A DNA stretch of 62,390 bases, filler included, from Babesia bigemina (taxonomy: Eukaryota), in NCBI RefSeq assembly GCF_000981445.1. It is 7 parts of 7 records of this genome, joined end to end, with 100 filler letters (N's around TTAATTAATTAA, not from the genome) between each part and the next. Parts side by side here need not be neighbours in the genome. Positions count along the whole stretch, not along the records: positions 24,473 to 30,105 come from NW_012237277.1; positions 30,206 to 38,586 come from NW_012237278.1; 5 more parts are not named here. One strand, 5' to 3'. Position numbers and translations under genes: made by a program. Below the pieces are notes generated by a model. That model ran no database searches. It worked only from the letters and a program-made list of their open reading frames with translations, and had not been told where the DNA came from. Below are positions 24,473-37,500 of this stretch, piece after piece (positions within the stretch are counted from its first letter, which is position 1; each line of letters starts with the position of its first letter).

Positions 24473-27400
24473 CCGGATGAGTGTCGGTGGATGGGACATA
24501 TAGAGCAGGTATACCGCGACACCAGGTCACATCGTGTGCTGCGCAGCGCCTGCCGCGGTCTGGCGATGTCTCGCCCAGCGACTCCACCCGGCGCCACAGA
24601 CCCTCCCCAGGCGTGCCGGCGGCGGTGGATCCACAGGTAGCAGCTGGTCGAGTGCCAGCAAGTGTTATATCAGCAAGTGTGGTGCCAGGCAGCTCCGATG
24701 ACAGTATCGTCGTCTCATGACGCCTGGTGCCACCGCCAGTGCCCGTGACCCGCCTGCCTCAGAGCCCGTCCGCAGCGGTGTAGGCGTGCCGGCGGTGGCG
24801 GCAGGGTGACGGTGTTGGGAGCCAGGCCATCAGAGCCACATAGAGTGCGTACCATACTACGTCTTATAGCTATTAAGTGCCGGCAGTGCATTGAGTTGTG
24901 GTATCTGCTAGACCCCGTATCCGCTGACACGGCGGCTGCGCGGCGCCGGCGGGCGTGGAGCGAGGCAAACGGACAAGGCCTACAACACGCAGCACTGCGC
25001 CAAACCTGGTCCAATCGGTCATCTGCCAGCAGTGCTTAACTGCCGTGCCCTAACTGCCATCCCTCCGGTGCCTCGACTGCCAAGCCCCCAGTCCCGGCAC
25101 CCCGCCCGCAGGCCTCACGCACCGGAGCCGGCACAACGGGCGGATGTGGGCTAGGATATGGAGGCAACACAGGCACGTAACCACACCAATGTGGCACCAG
25201 CGCGACACTGGCGGGGTCTGGCGTGCCGTACAGCCGCAGCTGCAGTTGGCCGTGGCGGCTCCGCAGGCGTGGCGGCGGCGGCGCTCCCGGAGTGCCCGGA
25301 TGCGTGTCGGTGGATGGGACATATAGAGCAGCTATACCGCGACACCAGGTCACATCGTGTGCTGCGCAGCGCCTGCCGCGGTCTGGCGATGTCTCGCCCA
25401 GCGACTCCACCCGGCGCCACAGACCCTCCCCAGGCGTGCCGGCGGCGGTGGATCTACAGGTAGCAGTTGGTCGAGTGCCAGCAAGTGTTATTTCAGCAAG
25501 TGTGGTGCCAGGCAGCTCCGATCACAGTATCGTCGTCTTATGACGCCTGGTGCCACCGCCAGTGCCCGCGACCCGCCTGCCTCAGAGCCCGTCCGCAGCG
25601 GTGTAGGCGTGCCGGCGGTGGCGGCAGGGTGACGGGTGTTGGGAGCCAGGCCATCACAGCCACGTCGAAGTGCGTACCATACTACGTCCTATAGCTATTA
25701 AGTGCCGGCAGTGCATTGAGTTGTGGTATCTGCTAGACCCCGTATCCGCTGACACGGCGGCTGCGCGGCGCCGGCGGGCGTGGAGCGAGGCAGACAGACG
25801 AGACCTACCACACGCAGCACTGCGCCGCACTACGTCTAAGCTGTCATCCGCCAGCAGTGCTTCACTGCCGTGCCCTAGCTGCCATCCCTCCGGTGCCTCG
25901 ACTGCCAAGCCCCCAGTCCGAGCACCCCGCCCGCAGGCCTCACGCACCGGAGCCCGGCACAACGGGCGGATGTGGGCTATGATAGGGAGGCAACACAGGC
26001 ACGTAACCACACCAATGTGGCACCGACGCGACACTGGCGGGGTCTGGCGTGCCGTACAGCCGCAGCCGCAGTTGGCCGTGGCGGCTCCGCAGGCGTGGCG
26101 GCGGCGGCGCTCCCGGAGTGCCCGGATGCGTGTCGGTGGATGGGAGATACAGAGCAGCTATACGGTGACACCAGGTCACATCGTGTGCTGCGCAGCGCCT
26201 GCCGCGGTCTGGCGATGTCTCGCCCAGCGACTCCACCCGGCGCCACAGACCCTCCCCAGGCGTGCCGGCGGCGGTGGATCTACAGGTAGCAGTTGGTCGA
26301 GTGCCAGCAAGTGTTATTTCAGCAAGTGTGGTGCCAGGCAGCTCCGATGACAGTATCGTCGTCTTATGACGCCTGGTGCCACCGCCAGTGCCCGTGACCC
26401 GCCTGCCTCAGAGCCCGTCCGCAGCGGTGTAGGCGTGCCGGCGGTGGCGGCAGGGTGACGGTGTTGGGAGCCAGGCCATCAGAGCCACATAGAGTGCGTA
26501 CCATACTACGTCTTATAGCTATTAAGTGCCGGCAGTGCATTGAGTTGTGGTATCTGCTAGACCCCGTATCCGCTGACACGGCGGCTGCGCGGCGCCGGGG
26601 GCGTGGAGCGAGGCAGACAGACACGGCCTACAACACGCAGCACTGCGCCAAACCTGGTCTAAGCTGACATCTGCCAGCACTGCTTCACTGCCGTGCCCTA
26701 GCTGCCATCCCTCCGGTGCCTCGACTGCCAAGCCCCCAGTCCGAGCACCCCGCCCGCAGGCCTCACGCACCGGAGCCCGGCACAACGGGCGGATGTGGGC
26801 TATGATAGGGAGGCAACACAGGCACGTAACCACACCAATGTGGCACCGACGCGACACTGGCGGGGTCTGGCGTGCCGTACAGCCGCAGCCGCAGTTGGCC
26901 GTGGCGGCTCCGCAGGCGTGGCGGCGGCGGCGCTCCCGGAGTGCCCGGATGCGTGTCGGTGGATGGGAGATACAGAGCAGCTATACGGTGACACCAGGTC
27001 ACATCGTGTGCTGCGCAGCGCCTGCCGCGGTCTGGCGATGTCTCGCCCAGCGACTCCACCCGGCGCCACAGACCCTCCCCAGGCGTGCCGGCGGCGGCGC
27101 TCCCGGACTGCCCGGATGCGTGTCGGTGGATGGGACATATAGAGCAGCTATACCGCGACACCAGGTCACATCGTGTGCTGCGCTGCGCCTGCCGCGGTCT
27201 GGCGATGTCACACCCAGCGACTCCACCCGGCGCCACAGACCCTCCCCAGGCGTGCCGGCGGCAGTGGATGCCCGGGTAGCAGCTGGACGAGTGCCAGCAA
27301 GTGTTATTTCAGCAAGTGTGGTGCCAGGCAGCCTCGGTCATTGCTATCGTCGTCTCATGACGCCTGGTGCCACCGCCAGTGCCCGCGACCCGCCTGCCTC

Positions 27401-30105
27401 AGAGCCCGTCCGCAGCGGTGTAGGCGTGGCGGCGGTGGCGGCAGGGTGACGGGTGTTGCGAGCCAGGCCATCACAGCCACATAGAAGTGCGTACCATACT
27501 ACGTCCGTGCCTGCCTGGTGCCGGTAGCGCAATGAGTTGTGGTATCTGCTAGACCCCGTATCCGCTGACACGGCGGCTGCGCGGCGCCGGGGGCGTGGAG
27601 CGAGGCAGACAGACAAGGCCTACAACACGCAGCACTGCGCCAAACCTGGTCCAATATGTCATCTGCGAGCACTGCTTCACTGCCGTGCCCTAGCTGCCAT
27701 CCCTCCGGTGCCTCGACTGCCACGCCCCCAGTCCGCGCACCCCGCCCGCAGGCGTCACGCACCGGAGCCCGGCACAACGGGCGGATGTGGGCTAGGATAG
27801 GGAGGCAACACAGGCACGTAACCACACCAATGTGGCACCAGCGCGACACTGGCGGGGTCTGGCGTGCCGTACAGCCGCAGCTGCAGTTGGCCGTGGCGGC
27901 TCACCAGGCGTGCCGGCGGCGGCGCTCCCGGACTGCCCGGATGCGTGTCGGTGGATGGGACATATAGAGCAGCTATACCGCGACACCAGGTCACATCATG
28001 TGCTGCGCTGCGCCTGCCGCGGTCTGGCGATGTCACACCCAGTGACTCCACCCGGCGCCACAGACTTACACCAGGCGTGCCGGCGGCGGTGGATGCCGGG
28101 GTAGCAGCTGGTCGAGTGCCAGCAAGTGTTATTATAGCAAGTGTGGTGCCAGGCAGCCTCGGTCACAGCTATCGTCGTCTCATGACGCCTGGTGCCACCG
28201 CCAGTGCCCGCGACCCGCCTGCCTCAGAGCCCGTCCGCAGCGGTGTAGGCGTGGCGGCGGTGGCGGCAAGGTGACGGGTGTTGGGAGCCAGGCCATCACA
28301 GCCACATAGAAGTGCGTACCATACTACGTCCTATAGCTATTAAGTGCCGGCAGTGCATTGAGTTGTGGTATCTGCTACGCCCCGTATCCGCTGACACGGC
28401 GGCTGCGCGGCGCCGGCGGGCGTGGAGCGAGGCAGACAGACAAGGGATACAACACGCAGCACTGCGCCAAACCTGGTCCAATCTGTCATCTGCCAGCAGT
28501 GCTTCACTGCCGTGCCCTAGCTGCCATCCCTCCGGTGCCTCGACTGCCACGCCCCCAGTCCGGGCACCCCGCCCGCAGACCTCACGCACCGGAGCCCGGC
28601 ACAACGGGCGGATGTGGGCTAGGATAGGGAGGCAACACAGGCACGTAACCACGCCAATGTGGCACCAACGCGACACTGCCGCGGTCTGGCGATGTCACAC
28701 CCAGTGACTCCACCCGGCGCCACAGACTTACACCAGGCGTGCCGGCGGCGGTGGATGCCGGGGTAGCAGCTGGTCGAGTGCCAGCAAGTGTTATTGTAGC
28801 AAATGTGGTGCCAGGCAGCTCCGATCACAGGTATGTCGTCTCATGACGCCTGGTGCCACCGCCAGTGCCCGCGACCCGCCTGCCTCAGAGCCCGTCCGCA
28901 GCGGTGTAGGCGTGGCGGCGGTGGCGGCAAGGTGACTGGTGGTGGGAGCCAGGCCATCAGAGCCACGTCAACGTACGTACCATACTACGTCTTATAGCTA
29001 TTAAGTGCCGGCAGCGCAATGAGTTGCGGTATCTGCTAGACCCCGGTGCTGCTGACACGGCGGCTGCGCGGCGCCGGCGGGCGTGGAGCGAGGCAGACAG
29101 ACAAGGGATACAACACGCAGCACTGCGCCAAACCTGGTCCAATCTGTCATCTGCCAGCAGTGCTTCACTGCCGTGCCCTAGCTGCCATCCCTCCGGTGCC
29201 TCGACTGCCACGCCCCCAGTCCGGGCACCCCGCCCGCAGACCTCACGCACCGGAGCCCGGCACAACGGGCGGATGTGGGCTAGGATAGGGAGGCAACACA
29301 GGCACGTAACCACGCCAATGTGGCACCAACGCGACACTGCCGCGGTCTGGCGATGTCACACCCAGTGACTCCACCCGGCGCCACAGACCCTCACCAGGCG
29401 TGCCGGCGGCGGTGGATCCACAGGTAGCAGCTGGTCGAGTGCCAGCAAGTGTTATTATAGCAAGTGTGGTGCCAGGCAGCTCCGATGACAGTATCGTCGT
29501 CTCATGACGCCTGGTGCCACCGCCAGTGCCCGCGACCCGCCTGCCTCAGAGCCCGTCCGCAGCGGTGTAGGCGTGGCGGCGGTGGCGGCAAGGTGACTGG
29601 TGGTGGGAGCCAGGCCATCACAGCCACATAGAAGTGCGTACCATACTACGTCTTATAGCTATTAAGTGCCGGCAGTGCATTGAGTTGTGGTATCTGCTAG
29701 ACCCCGTATCCGCTGACACGGCGGCTGCGCGGCGCCGGGGGCGTGGAGCGAGGCACACAGACACGGCCTACAACACGCAGCACTGCGCCAAACCTGGTCG
29801 AAGCTGTCATCTGCCAGCACTGCATCACTAGAGCGCCCTAGCTGCCATCCCTCCGGTGCCTCGACTGCCACGCCCCCAGTCCGGGCACCCCGCCCGCAGA
29901 CCTCACGCACCGGAGCCCGGCACAACGGGCGGATGTGGGCTGGGGTAGGGAGGCAAGACAGGCACGTAACCACGCCAATGTGGCACCAGCGCGACACTGG
30001 CGCGGTCTGGCGTGCCGTACAGCCGCAGCTGCAGTTGGCCGTGGCGGCTCCGCAGGCGTGCCAGCGGCGGCGCTCCCGGACTGCCCGGATGCGTGTCGGT
30101 GGATG
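24473..30105. repeat. GC-rich macrosatellite, ~823-826-bp unit with 661-bp deletion variants and one 167-bp internal duplication
   Basis: The anchor CCGGATG(A/C)GTGTCGGTGGATG occurs at 24473, 25296, 26122, 26945, 27112, 27937 and 30085. Deletion junctions CGACACTGCCGCGG lie at ~28671 and ~29332. Confidence 0.95.
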
Positions 30106-30205
30106 NNNNNNNNNNNNNNNNNNNNNNNNNNNNNNNNNNNNNNNNNNNNTTAATTAATTAANNNNNNNNNNNNNNNNNNNNNNNNNNNNNNNNNNNNNNN
30201 NNNNN
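30106..30205. other. Assembly spacer
   Basis: 44N-TTAATTAATTAA-44N. Confidence 0.98.
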
Positions 30206-30459
30206 GAGACCAGCGAAATTGTCAAGCGCCCGAGGGGCAGACCGCGGAAAGTCAGACCTGTTGAGACTGCTGATGTCGTCAAGCAGGAGGCAGTGCGGAC
30301 TCCCACATACACCAAGGACACGCCTCGACGCAGCAGCCGGTTGCGGAATCAACGCACAAACTCACAGCAATTTGTATATGACATAACAGAAATGGCCGAC
30401 GAGACGCCGGCTTACAGTGCTATGCTCTCACACAGGACGCATACCACTCGCCAATCAGG

Positions 30460-31314
30460 TTGCTCGCCGACTTTCCGTACGCTAGATTCGGCTATACGCA
30501 TCAACCGGCTCACTTCCGTTCGCCTACCAGGAGGGAACTGTGGTCACGGGTGGGCCGAATCTACAAGGAACTGCAGACTGTCCGCGATGACAATTTCAAG
30601 CTGCCGCTTGATCCGCATCAGATGGCCAAGGAATCGCACATTATGCAACTTGAAACTGCACTGGACGACGCGCTAGAGGACGCCAAGTTTCTCGACTGGC
30701 AGAGGGATCACATGAATCGGATCAAGGAGCGCAGCGTGGAACCGCAGCCGGCACAGGAGGAGCGTGAATTCCTGACTCTGGACAACGTGAGCTGCAATGA
30801 TGTTAGCAACGTTAATATGTTTGACTACCTGGTGACGCCGCAAGCGGAACGGTGGAACGCAGCGCAGCCAATTCGCTACCACGCCGACACACGCAACGTC
30901 AGCAGAGAGACGCCACCGCCACACCGAGTCGGAATGACCATCATACGCTATTCGCCGTCAGTATCGCAGCACTCAAATGATGAGACGCTCGATGACGGTG
31001 GCGAAAATGAGAATGTGCAAGAAAACACCGGCCGACCAGTCGTGCGCCGGGAGCCAAGCGTAGACAGCGGCAGACTGCTCAGATGGAACACGCATCCGAG
31101 GGATGTGATCCCTGCACGCTACTACGCAAATTACCCGGACGACATCGCGCCGTGTTTCTGCTGCACTATGCTATCTGAGCTTCCATGGAAACGCGTACGC
31201 AGCAACGCACCTGTGAGGTGTAAATGTGCAAGACGTAAGCAGTCCGGTGCCCAGCGAAAAAGACGCAGATTGCGCTTCCTGAGACTAATCAGCAAAATAC
31301 ATCACATATCGTGA
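30460..31314 (+). CDS. Hypothetical protein (possibly a terminal exon); short coiled coil, C-terminal Cys cluster (CFCC...CKC) and basic RKRRRLR tail
   Basis: A 284-codon frame, open from 30382, with protein-like composition. It has no ATG at its start; the ATG at 30392 is in another frame, suggesting splicing or a frameshift. Confidence 0.45.
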   Translation: MLADFPYARFGYTHQPAHFRSPTRRELWSRVGRIYKELQTVRDDNFKLPLDPHQMAKESHIMQLETALDDALEDAKFLDWQRDHMNRIKERSVEPQPAQEEREFLTLDNVSCNDVSNVNMFDYLVTPQAERWNAAQPIRYHADTRNVSRETPPPHRVGMTIIRYSPSVSQHSNDETLDDGGENENVQENTGRPVVRREPSVDSGRLLRWNTHPRDVIPARYYANYPDDIAPCFCCTMLSELPWKRVRSNAPVRCKCARRKQSGAQRKRRRLRFLRLISKIHHIS

Positions 31315-34300
31315 ACATACCTTTAATCGCTGCCACCGGCCAGTTAAGTGAGTAGACACGTGCTAGCAGTCAGCGGTGAGCTGACCATGGTGACGACTAC
31401 ACTATGTGTGCGGGGTCAATCGAACATCGGAGATGTATTCCGGATATCCCGATACCCGCGCAGGTTATAGTGTTTCCACGCCCAGACACGCCTGACTAAT
31501 TACACATGTGTGCAGCCACACATCCCACACCACCCTATCGGGGCCCAAGGGCCCCCGTCAGGCCACACCACGGCTGTTGGGTCAAAGTGGGTAAAAATTG
31601 GGGCTGAAGCATTACGTGTTTTATGCACATTTTACGACTCATGTAACTCCAAGCAGCCCGAGCGGTCACTGCCACACCGAGCGCCGCCAGATAGACACAT
31701 GACGACACCGGCAGGTGAAGTCCAATGCGAAATTTTTTACGGCACATCTAGAGTCACCAAACACGCTTCCCAATCATTTTACGACATTTTACAGCATTTC
31801 TCACTTTGGCAAATTTTTTGCCACGACGCGTACCCCGGCCGACCAGTGATTGGCGGAGTAGGATACCACAGGCACCGTCTAGCTACTCAAATAAGGTTGC
31901 AATACCACGTCACGTTGTTCGCACACCTGCTGCCATTCCGTCATATTTCAAGCATTTTAAGCCACTTTTATAAAAGCAATTACGTCCGCCACCGCCGAGA
32001 TTCCGGCTACTACCATGCCGAGCAGCTAGCTGACGGCCGACCTTCTTAATGAGACGTGATCACCGCATAGTTATATCAGCACATTGGTATCGTTTAACGT
32101 ATAATTTACGAGGTCAATGAGCACGTAAGTATGAGCGGTAGATTGCACAACGGTCAAGTAATGAATGCACAGGCAGACAGGGTGACACAGCTGGGTAGTG
32201 GTCAAATGTGAAAAATGATGAGCGTATAAATAGGAAGTGTAATATATCCACAAAAGTGTATTTTCATCTATAAGTCACATAACAATTTTAATACTAACAT
32301 GAGTAGTTATTAAGCATGTTACACCATACGTTTCCAATTGATGTACATTTGAATAGTCAACACAATCACCTATGCTTTTACTTAACTATTTACATACAAC
32401 CTTATTCCACACGCTAACAATATAATTCAGAATGTTTTTGCACAGTAACTACACCGCTAACTCACCAGCCGCTCCCTGCTGCGCTGATGCTCCCGTGCTG
32501 GGCGAATTGCTGTCCGACGGCATGTTGCGATTTGCGAAACGATGGTTGACTAAACAGCATCTTAATGACACATAAACAGCATTGTAAAATACGCAGCACA
32601 TCTGTCTGTCACGTCTAAGAGATGAGCCATTAGGTCGAGGCACGCAGCGGAGCTGCCTAGTGCTGGGTAGGTGGTGCACGGAAAACTGTATTAATTTGTG
32701 CGCTACATGCCTTTCGTATCACGTATGTGACGCTGTTATTACGTGGTATTCGCTGCGTGAGTGCCGGTCGCTGCATGTCTTCTGGCGGACAGGTAGCTGA
32801 CGTGTACGGCGTATTATCGCCGACATGATTACGCGATGAATAGCATTCTCATGTCTTCATATGTATGGAATGATGTTATAATAATCGCTATGTCAACTAA
32901 CCTTGTCACTTAGCTGTTGTCCGTAGTGGTCGTGGCCACGGCGTTACATGTTGCGTTTTCCACTGCTCACGTTTCACCTAGCGGAATGATTTGTTTTGTC
33001 ACGCATCCCTAATCACGTCACTAATCACATCTCAGACGCATAATTACTTGACTAGCCGCCTATAATTTTCCTGGACGACGTGGCCCGTTTCCTCTTCGTT
33101 CTAGGCTACCAGGGGTGTCGGCGCTGTGCTAGACCTGGCGGAGGGTATCCGCCGTGCATTTGGAATAACGTCGTTGATGCGATAATATGTCATTTGATGA
33201 TGTGATTGACAGTTTCTCAGCTGTATAACAATTTTGCCTTATCAGAGCAAATCTCACTGCTAGCGATGCAACGTTGATTAAGCTGGAATGTGCGTGAAAA
33301 CCGCTTCATCAATAATGCGTTGTTGCTAGTCGAGCGCGGTACGCGCATGTGACGGTATACACATGGTAGCGATTATGTAGCCAAAGAGACAAGAGACGCC
33401 GCGATTGGCGTCAGATGAGCTAGTAACCAAACACAAGGCAACGTCAGTTGCCCGTGTGACTGAAATAAGACGAATGGACGAAATGGGAATACACAAATCA
33501 GCGTCGCAACGCTGAGTAACAATATCACGAGCAGATTCACGTGATAGAATGTTAACACGTAAAAATAGCGATAAGCAATTAGACTAGCGCACAATTTAAC
33601 GCGGTGGCACATGTGATAATTAACAGTGTACTTCTGGTCACGAAGCAGCTGCGATAAGCTGCCGTGATAAACAAGCAGACTAGCAGCGAGTTAAGCACGT
33701 CGTAGAGCGGAAGGCGTAAGCCGGGGGAATGGGAAAGTAGAGAGGGAGGGTATCAGTCAGCTATCAATTCAGCCGTTTACTTAGCTATTTGCTTATCTTC
33801 TTGGTTACCTCTTTGGGTACCTTCTTGGTCACCACGTTACTCAGCCGCTTGTTCACGGCTTCGTTGCTCCTCTCACCCTTATCGGTGATCACATATTCGT
33901 AGGCATTACTGCCGCTCTCGTAGCTCATCTAGCGAACACTTTCGTTGCTCTTCACTGCTCCTGATGAAGGAACGGGCGCCTTCAGGAACGGTTGGGAAGG
34001 GCCGGGAACTGGGCGAATGGTTGTAGCTCCGATTTGGAGGCAACCCAGCTTTTGAGGCTGGGTGAGAGTTGAGTGTTTGAGTAAAGAGTGCGTATGAATT
34101 TGATTTGAATAGAAATTAGCAGCGTAGTCATATGTAACGTAGGTGCGCATCGTCACTTATTCGAACGTTTTACCCCATCCCCGTGGGAGACCGGCCGGCG
34201 CATGGTGATGCGATATCGAATCCTCAGTGCGATGTCGTTGTTGACTGGAAGGCTGGGCAAGAGCCGTGAGCAGGAGCGAATGGCGCCGGAAGGGAGAGCG

Positions 34301-34563
34301 AAGGCCGAGATTCCGCTGAGGTAGGTGGTCGAGGTAGCGATATAAACGGTTTTCCTTGTTAGGTGAGCGAGGAAGGCTGCGAAATTGGTGAGTTTTTGCG
34401 TGATTCCATAACGTAGTGTGACTGTGAGCGAGATTCCATCGAGATTCCATGTGCATGAGTTTGAGTTGAGTTATGTAATGTAGCTGTGGCATGCGTGTTG
34501 AGTGCGGGTGGTCGTGATTAGTTTGAAACGTGAGTGAAAGTGCGAGGTAAGTGAGCCTTGAAA

Positions 34564-37500
34564 ATGAGGCATGTCCCTAAGAAATTAACGGACTGTCCGG
34601 AGAATCTCCGTGAGTCCATCGACTGGTTGATCCAGGTTAGGCATGGGAATGGTAAGAATGGTGATGGTCTTACCAAGTTGTCTCAAGCTTTGAAAAAGTT
34701 GATTGAGGAGGCTATAGGTAAAGCTACTAAGTCCCTCCAAGCCGAAAAATCTAAACTTGAATGCCCTGTTAAGTACAAGGGAAATGAGTCCACTTGCCAG
34801 TTCTACCAGAAGAAAATTGAAGAAATTAACTCTCAACAACCTCCAGAATCCGGTAAGTCAAAAAATGGTTTTACTAGACAGGACCTTGAAGAAGCTAAAA
34901 AACGCTGTGAATCTAACCACACTTATTACCGTGACGGTTCCAAGCAGAAAGCGTATGATGAAATTACTGAGCGTCAGAAACAACTTAAAGAACTTGAAAG
35001 TAAGCTTACTAAATTCACTGAAGAACTCAATAAAGACGGTAATAATAATATTTTAACGCATTTATGTGACGGCCTTCAGACTTTCCTCGGCTTCAACTCT
35101 GCTACGAAAGGCTACGACGGCAGTGGCATTGTGTACTCTGACCTTGACAGGCTGTGCGACGGGGTGATGGCGTTTTTGAGTGGTGTGCTTGGTGCGGTGA
35201 AAAACGAAAATGAAGTTGAAACATACGACAAACATCTTAATAAAAGACTTAATGAAGTACTAAAAGAGGTAAATAATAAAATTGGCTCCGGGCGTACTGG
35301 GCTTGCGGCGTCTGTCGGCGCGGTGAAGGGGTGGTTGGAGGGGTATGAGGGGGAAGTAAAAAAGAGAACAGAAAATGTTGTTGATAACATAGGCAAATTA
35401 ATAATAAATTTAAATAGCCATAGTAATGTAGTAAACTCTAAAAAAGTCGATAACCTTGAAAAACAGTTGGAGTCATGGAACTCCACGGTGTCAGACATCG
35501 CTCGTGAAATTGAGGTGATTGAAGAAGAAAAAATAAGTAAGCTAGATAAAGCTCTCAAAATCAAAATTAACAGTGAAATTAAAGTAGTTAAGACATCTGT
35601 GAAACTGCTTAAAGACAGTGCTCTCAATGTTGCGTTGGTTAGGAAGGTGAAGGATGTGGACGAGGCACTCAGGAACAAGGAGGAAGAAATTAAGTGGAAA
35701 TTGATGCAGGCATTTTCGGATGTTGGTAAACGTGTGCAGTCGTTGGAGACATGTAAAGATCAACAAATTTGGCTTGTGAAAAAGACTATAGAGAAGGCTG
35801 ACGCTTTCTTAGACAGATCATTTTACACGGAATATATATACAAAATTTTGGCGTCTTTCAATCAGATAGAGAGTGAAGTTAAGAATGTCTATAAAAGCTT
35901 GAATGCTAATAAAGGGGTGCTTGTCACCTTAGTTGGTGAGGCTAGGAGTCTCTCGGGTGCGATTAAAAATGGAGTTAAAAAAGGTTCTGACAGCCGAGGC
36001 GATCTCAGCTTACAGCATCAGTGGAGTGATTTCAAAGAACATGTTACAACGCTTGTTAAGGAACTCAACGGTACGGATCGCGGTCATCCAGGTCCCAATA
36101 TAAATGGGCTATTTCACGATATTGAGTACGGTATCGAGACGTATGCCAAACAGTTCGAGAATACGAGGAATGGTGAGACGGGATTCAATGGTTTAGTGCA
36201 AAAATGGCTGACGGAGCTATTGCAAAGTGTAACGATTACTGCCGCGCTGGGAGATTACGTTAAGGATAACAAGAAGGCGAACATGGAAACCATTTTTGAC
36301 AACGTAGAGGAGGGAATTATGGAAATTGCTAAGGCGATTGCTGGGTTGCTTAGTACAGAGATTGAGGCTGCCATTGGAGCAGCAACTGCTGCAGCTAAAA
36401 GCGGCGAAAACGGGATAGAGAGGTACGTTAATGCTATCAGTGCTTGCTGCAGTACATTTGCAGGAAGGCTTGAAGCGAGAATAACCGAAGACAACCCAGT
36501 AGCTTCCACAGGTACTAAGTATGCTCTTTTCCGTGACATAGCCACAGCAATGGATACTTCGATTAAGAGGACAACGAAGACGCCAATCAATAAAGACAAA
36601 TCTCAACTATCGCACACTATAGAACTCTTACTCCACAAACTAGTTGTCGCTGCGAAACAAACAGGGACAGAACTTTTGGAATTCACCGGTATGGCCAATG
36701 AACTTGATGTAGACTCTGACGGTAAGCAGCGGTATGATCTTGGCAAAAATCTCAACGATGCTATGGATAAGGTTGGAGGGATTTGGGCGCAGCTCAAAAG
36801 CGGCGCTGGACATCAGATTGACACAGCATTGGACTTGGTGATTGCTAAGATTGGTGATCTTGAAAAATTGTTACAGAATACAAATGGTCAAATAAGCTTA
36901 AAGATTGAAGACATTCAAGATAACATAAACAGGCTTGAAAAACTGCAAAATCGTAGAGAAGATGGACGCAACAGAGAAAGTGATGTGGTCATAGACAGGA
37001 AAGGAGAGGAGGCCGATAGGCTTATGAAAGAGTTGAAAATAGACCTCAAGCACAAACTCAACGAAATTACTGTAGCTGTAAGCAATGCGGGTTACGCATT
37101 AGACACCGCCATTCAATCACTCCTAACCACCCTCAACAAATCTAAAGATCTATGTTTACAATCCGTCACCTCCGCCTTCACCACCGTCACCTCCGAGGTC
37201 CGCGCCCTCTTCTCCGACGCCCACAAAGCCGACCTGGCTGCGCTCAAGACGCTCGTCGACGGGCAGAAGGCGGAGATTGAGAGGATCATTGAGCATGATA
37301 AACATAATGGTCTGAAAGGTCTGTTGATTGATAAAATTAAGGAGGAAACGCACAGTAAACTTGATGACTTTATAAGAATCGCTGCTACTCCAATTGCGCA
37401 TGGTGCTCACCAGTCCCAGTTGTTCACGGAAATGTCAGAGAAATTCCAGTGGTATTCTAAATCCATCTTAGATTACATCAGATTCCAGCTGCGAACTCCT

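Noticed and set aside
25455..25530. tRNA gene or tRNA-derived SINE in the macrosatellite
   Set aside because: Only a partial A-box-like string is present; there is no GTTC B-box or cloverleaf.
24481..30157. Many overlapping 60-226 aa ORFs in the GC-rich contig; possible transposon or viral repeat gene
   Set aside because: They are expected from high GC, frames are not conserved between units (indels), and no transposase or RT motifs are visible.
31510..33612. Short ORFs in the unique region (e.g. 31510..32049, 33373..33612)
   Set aside because: Non-ATG starts or short length, no recognisable motifs; not supportable as genes from sequence alone.
33955..33995. CTGATGA followed by a stem (hammerhead ribozyme core)
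   Set aside because: The required GAAA after stem II is absent and stems I and III could not be built.
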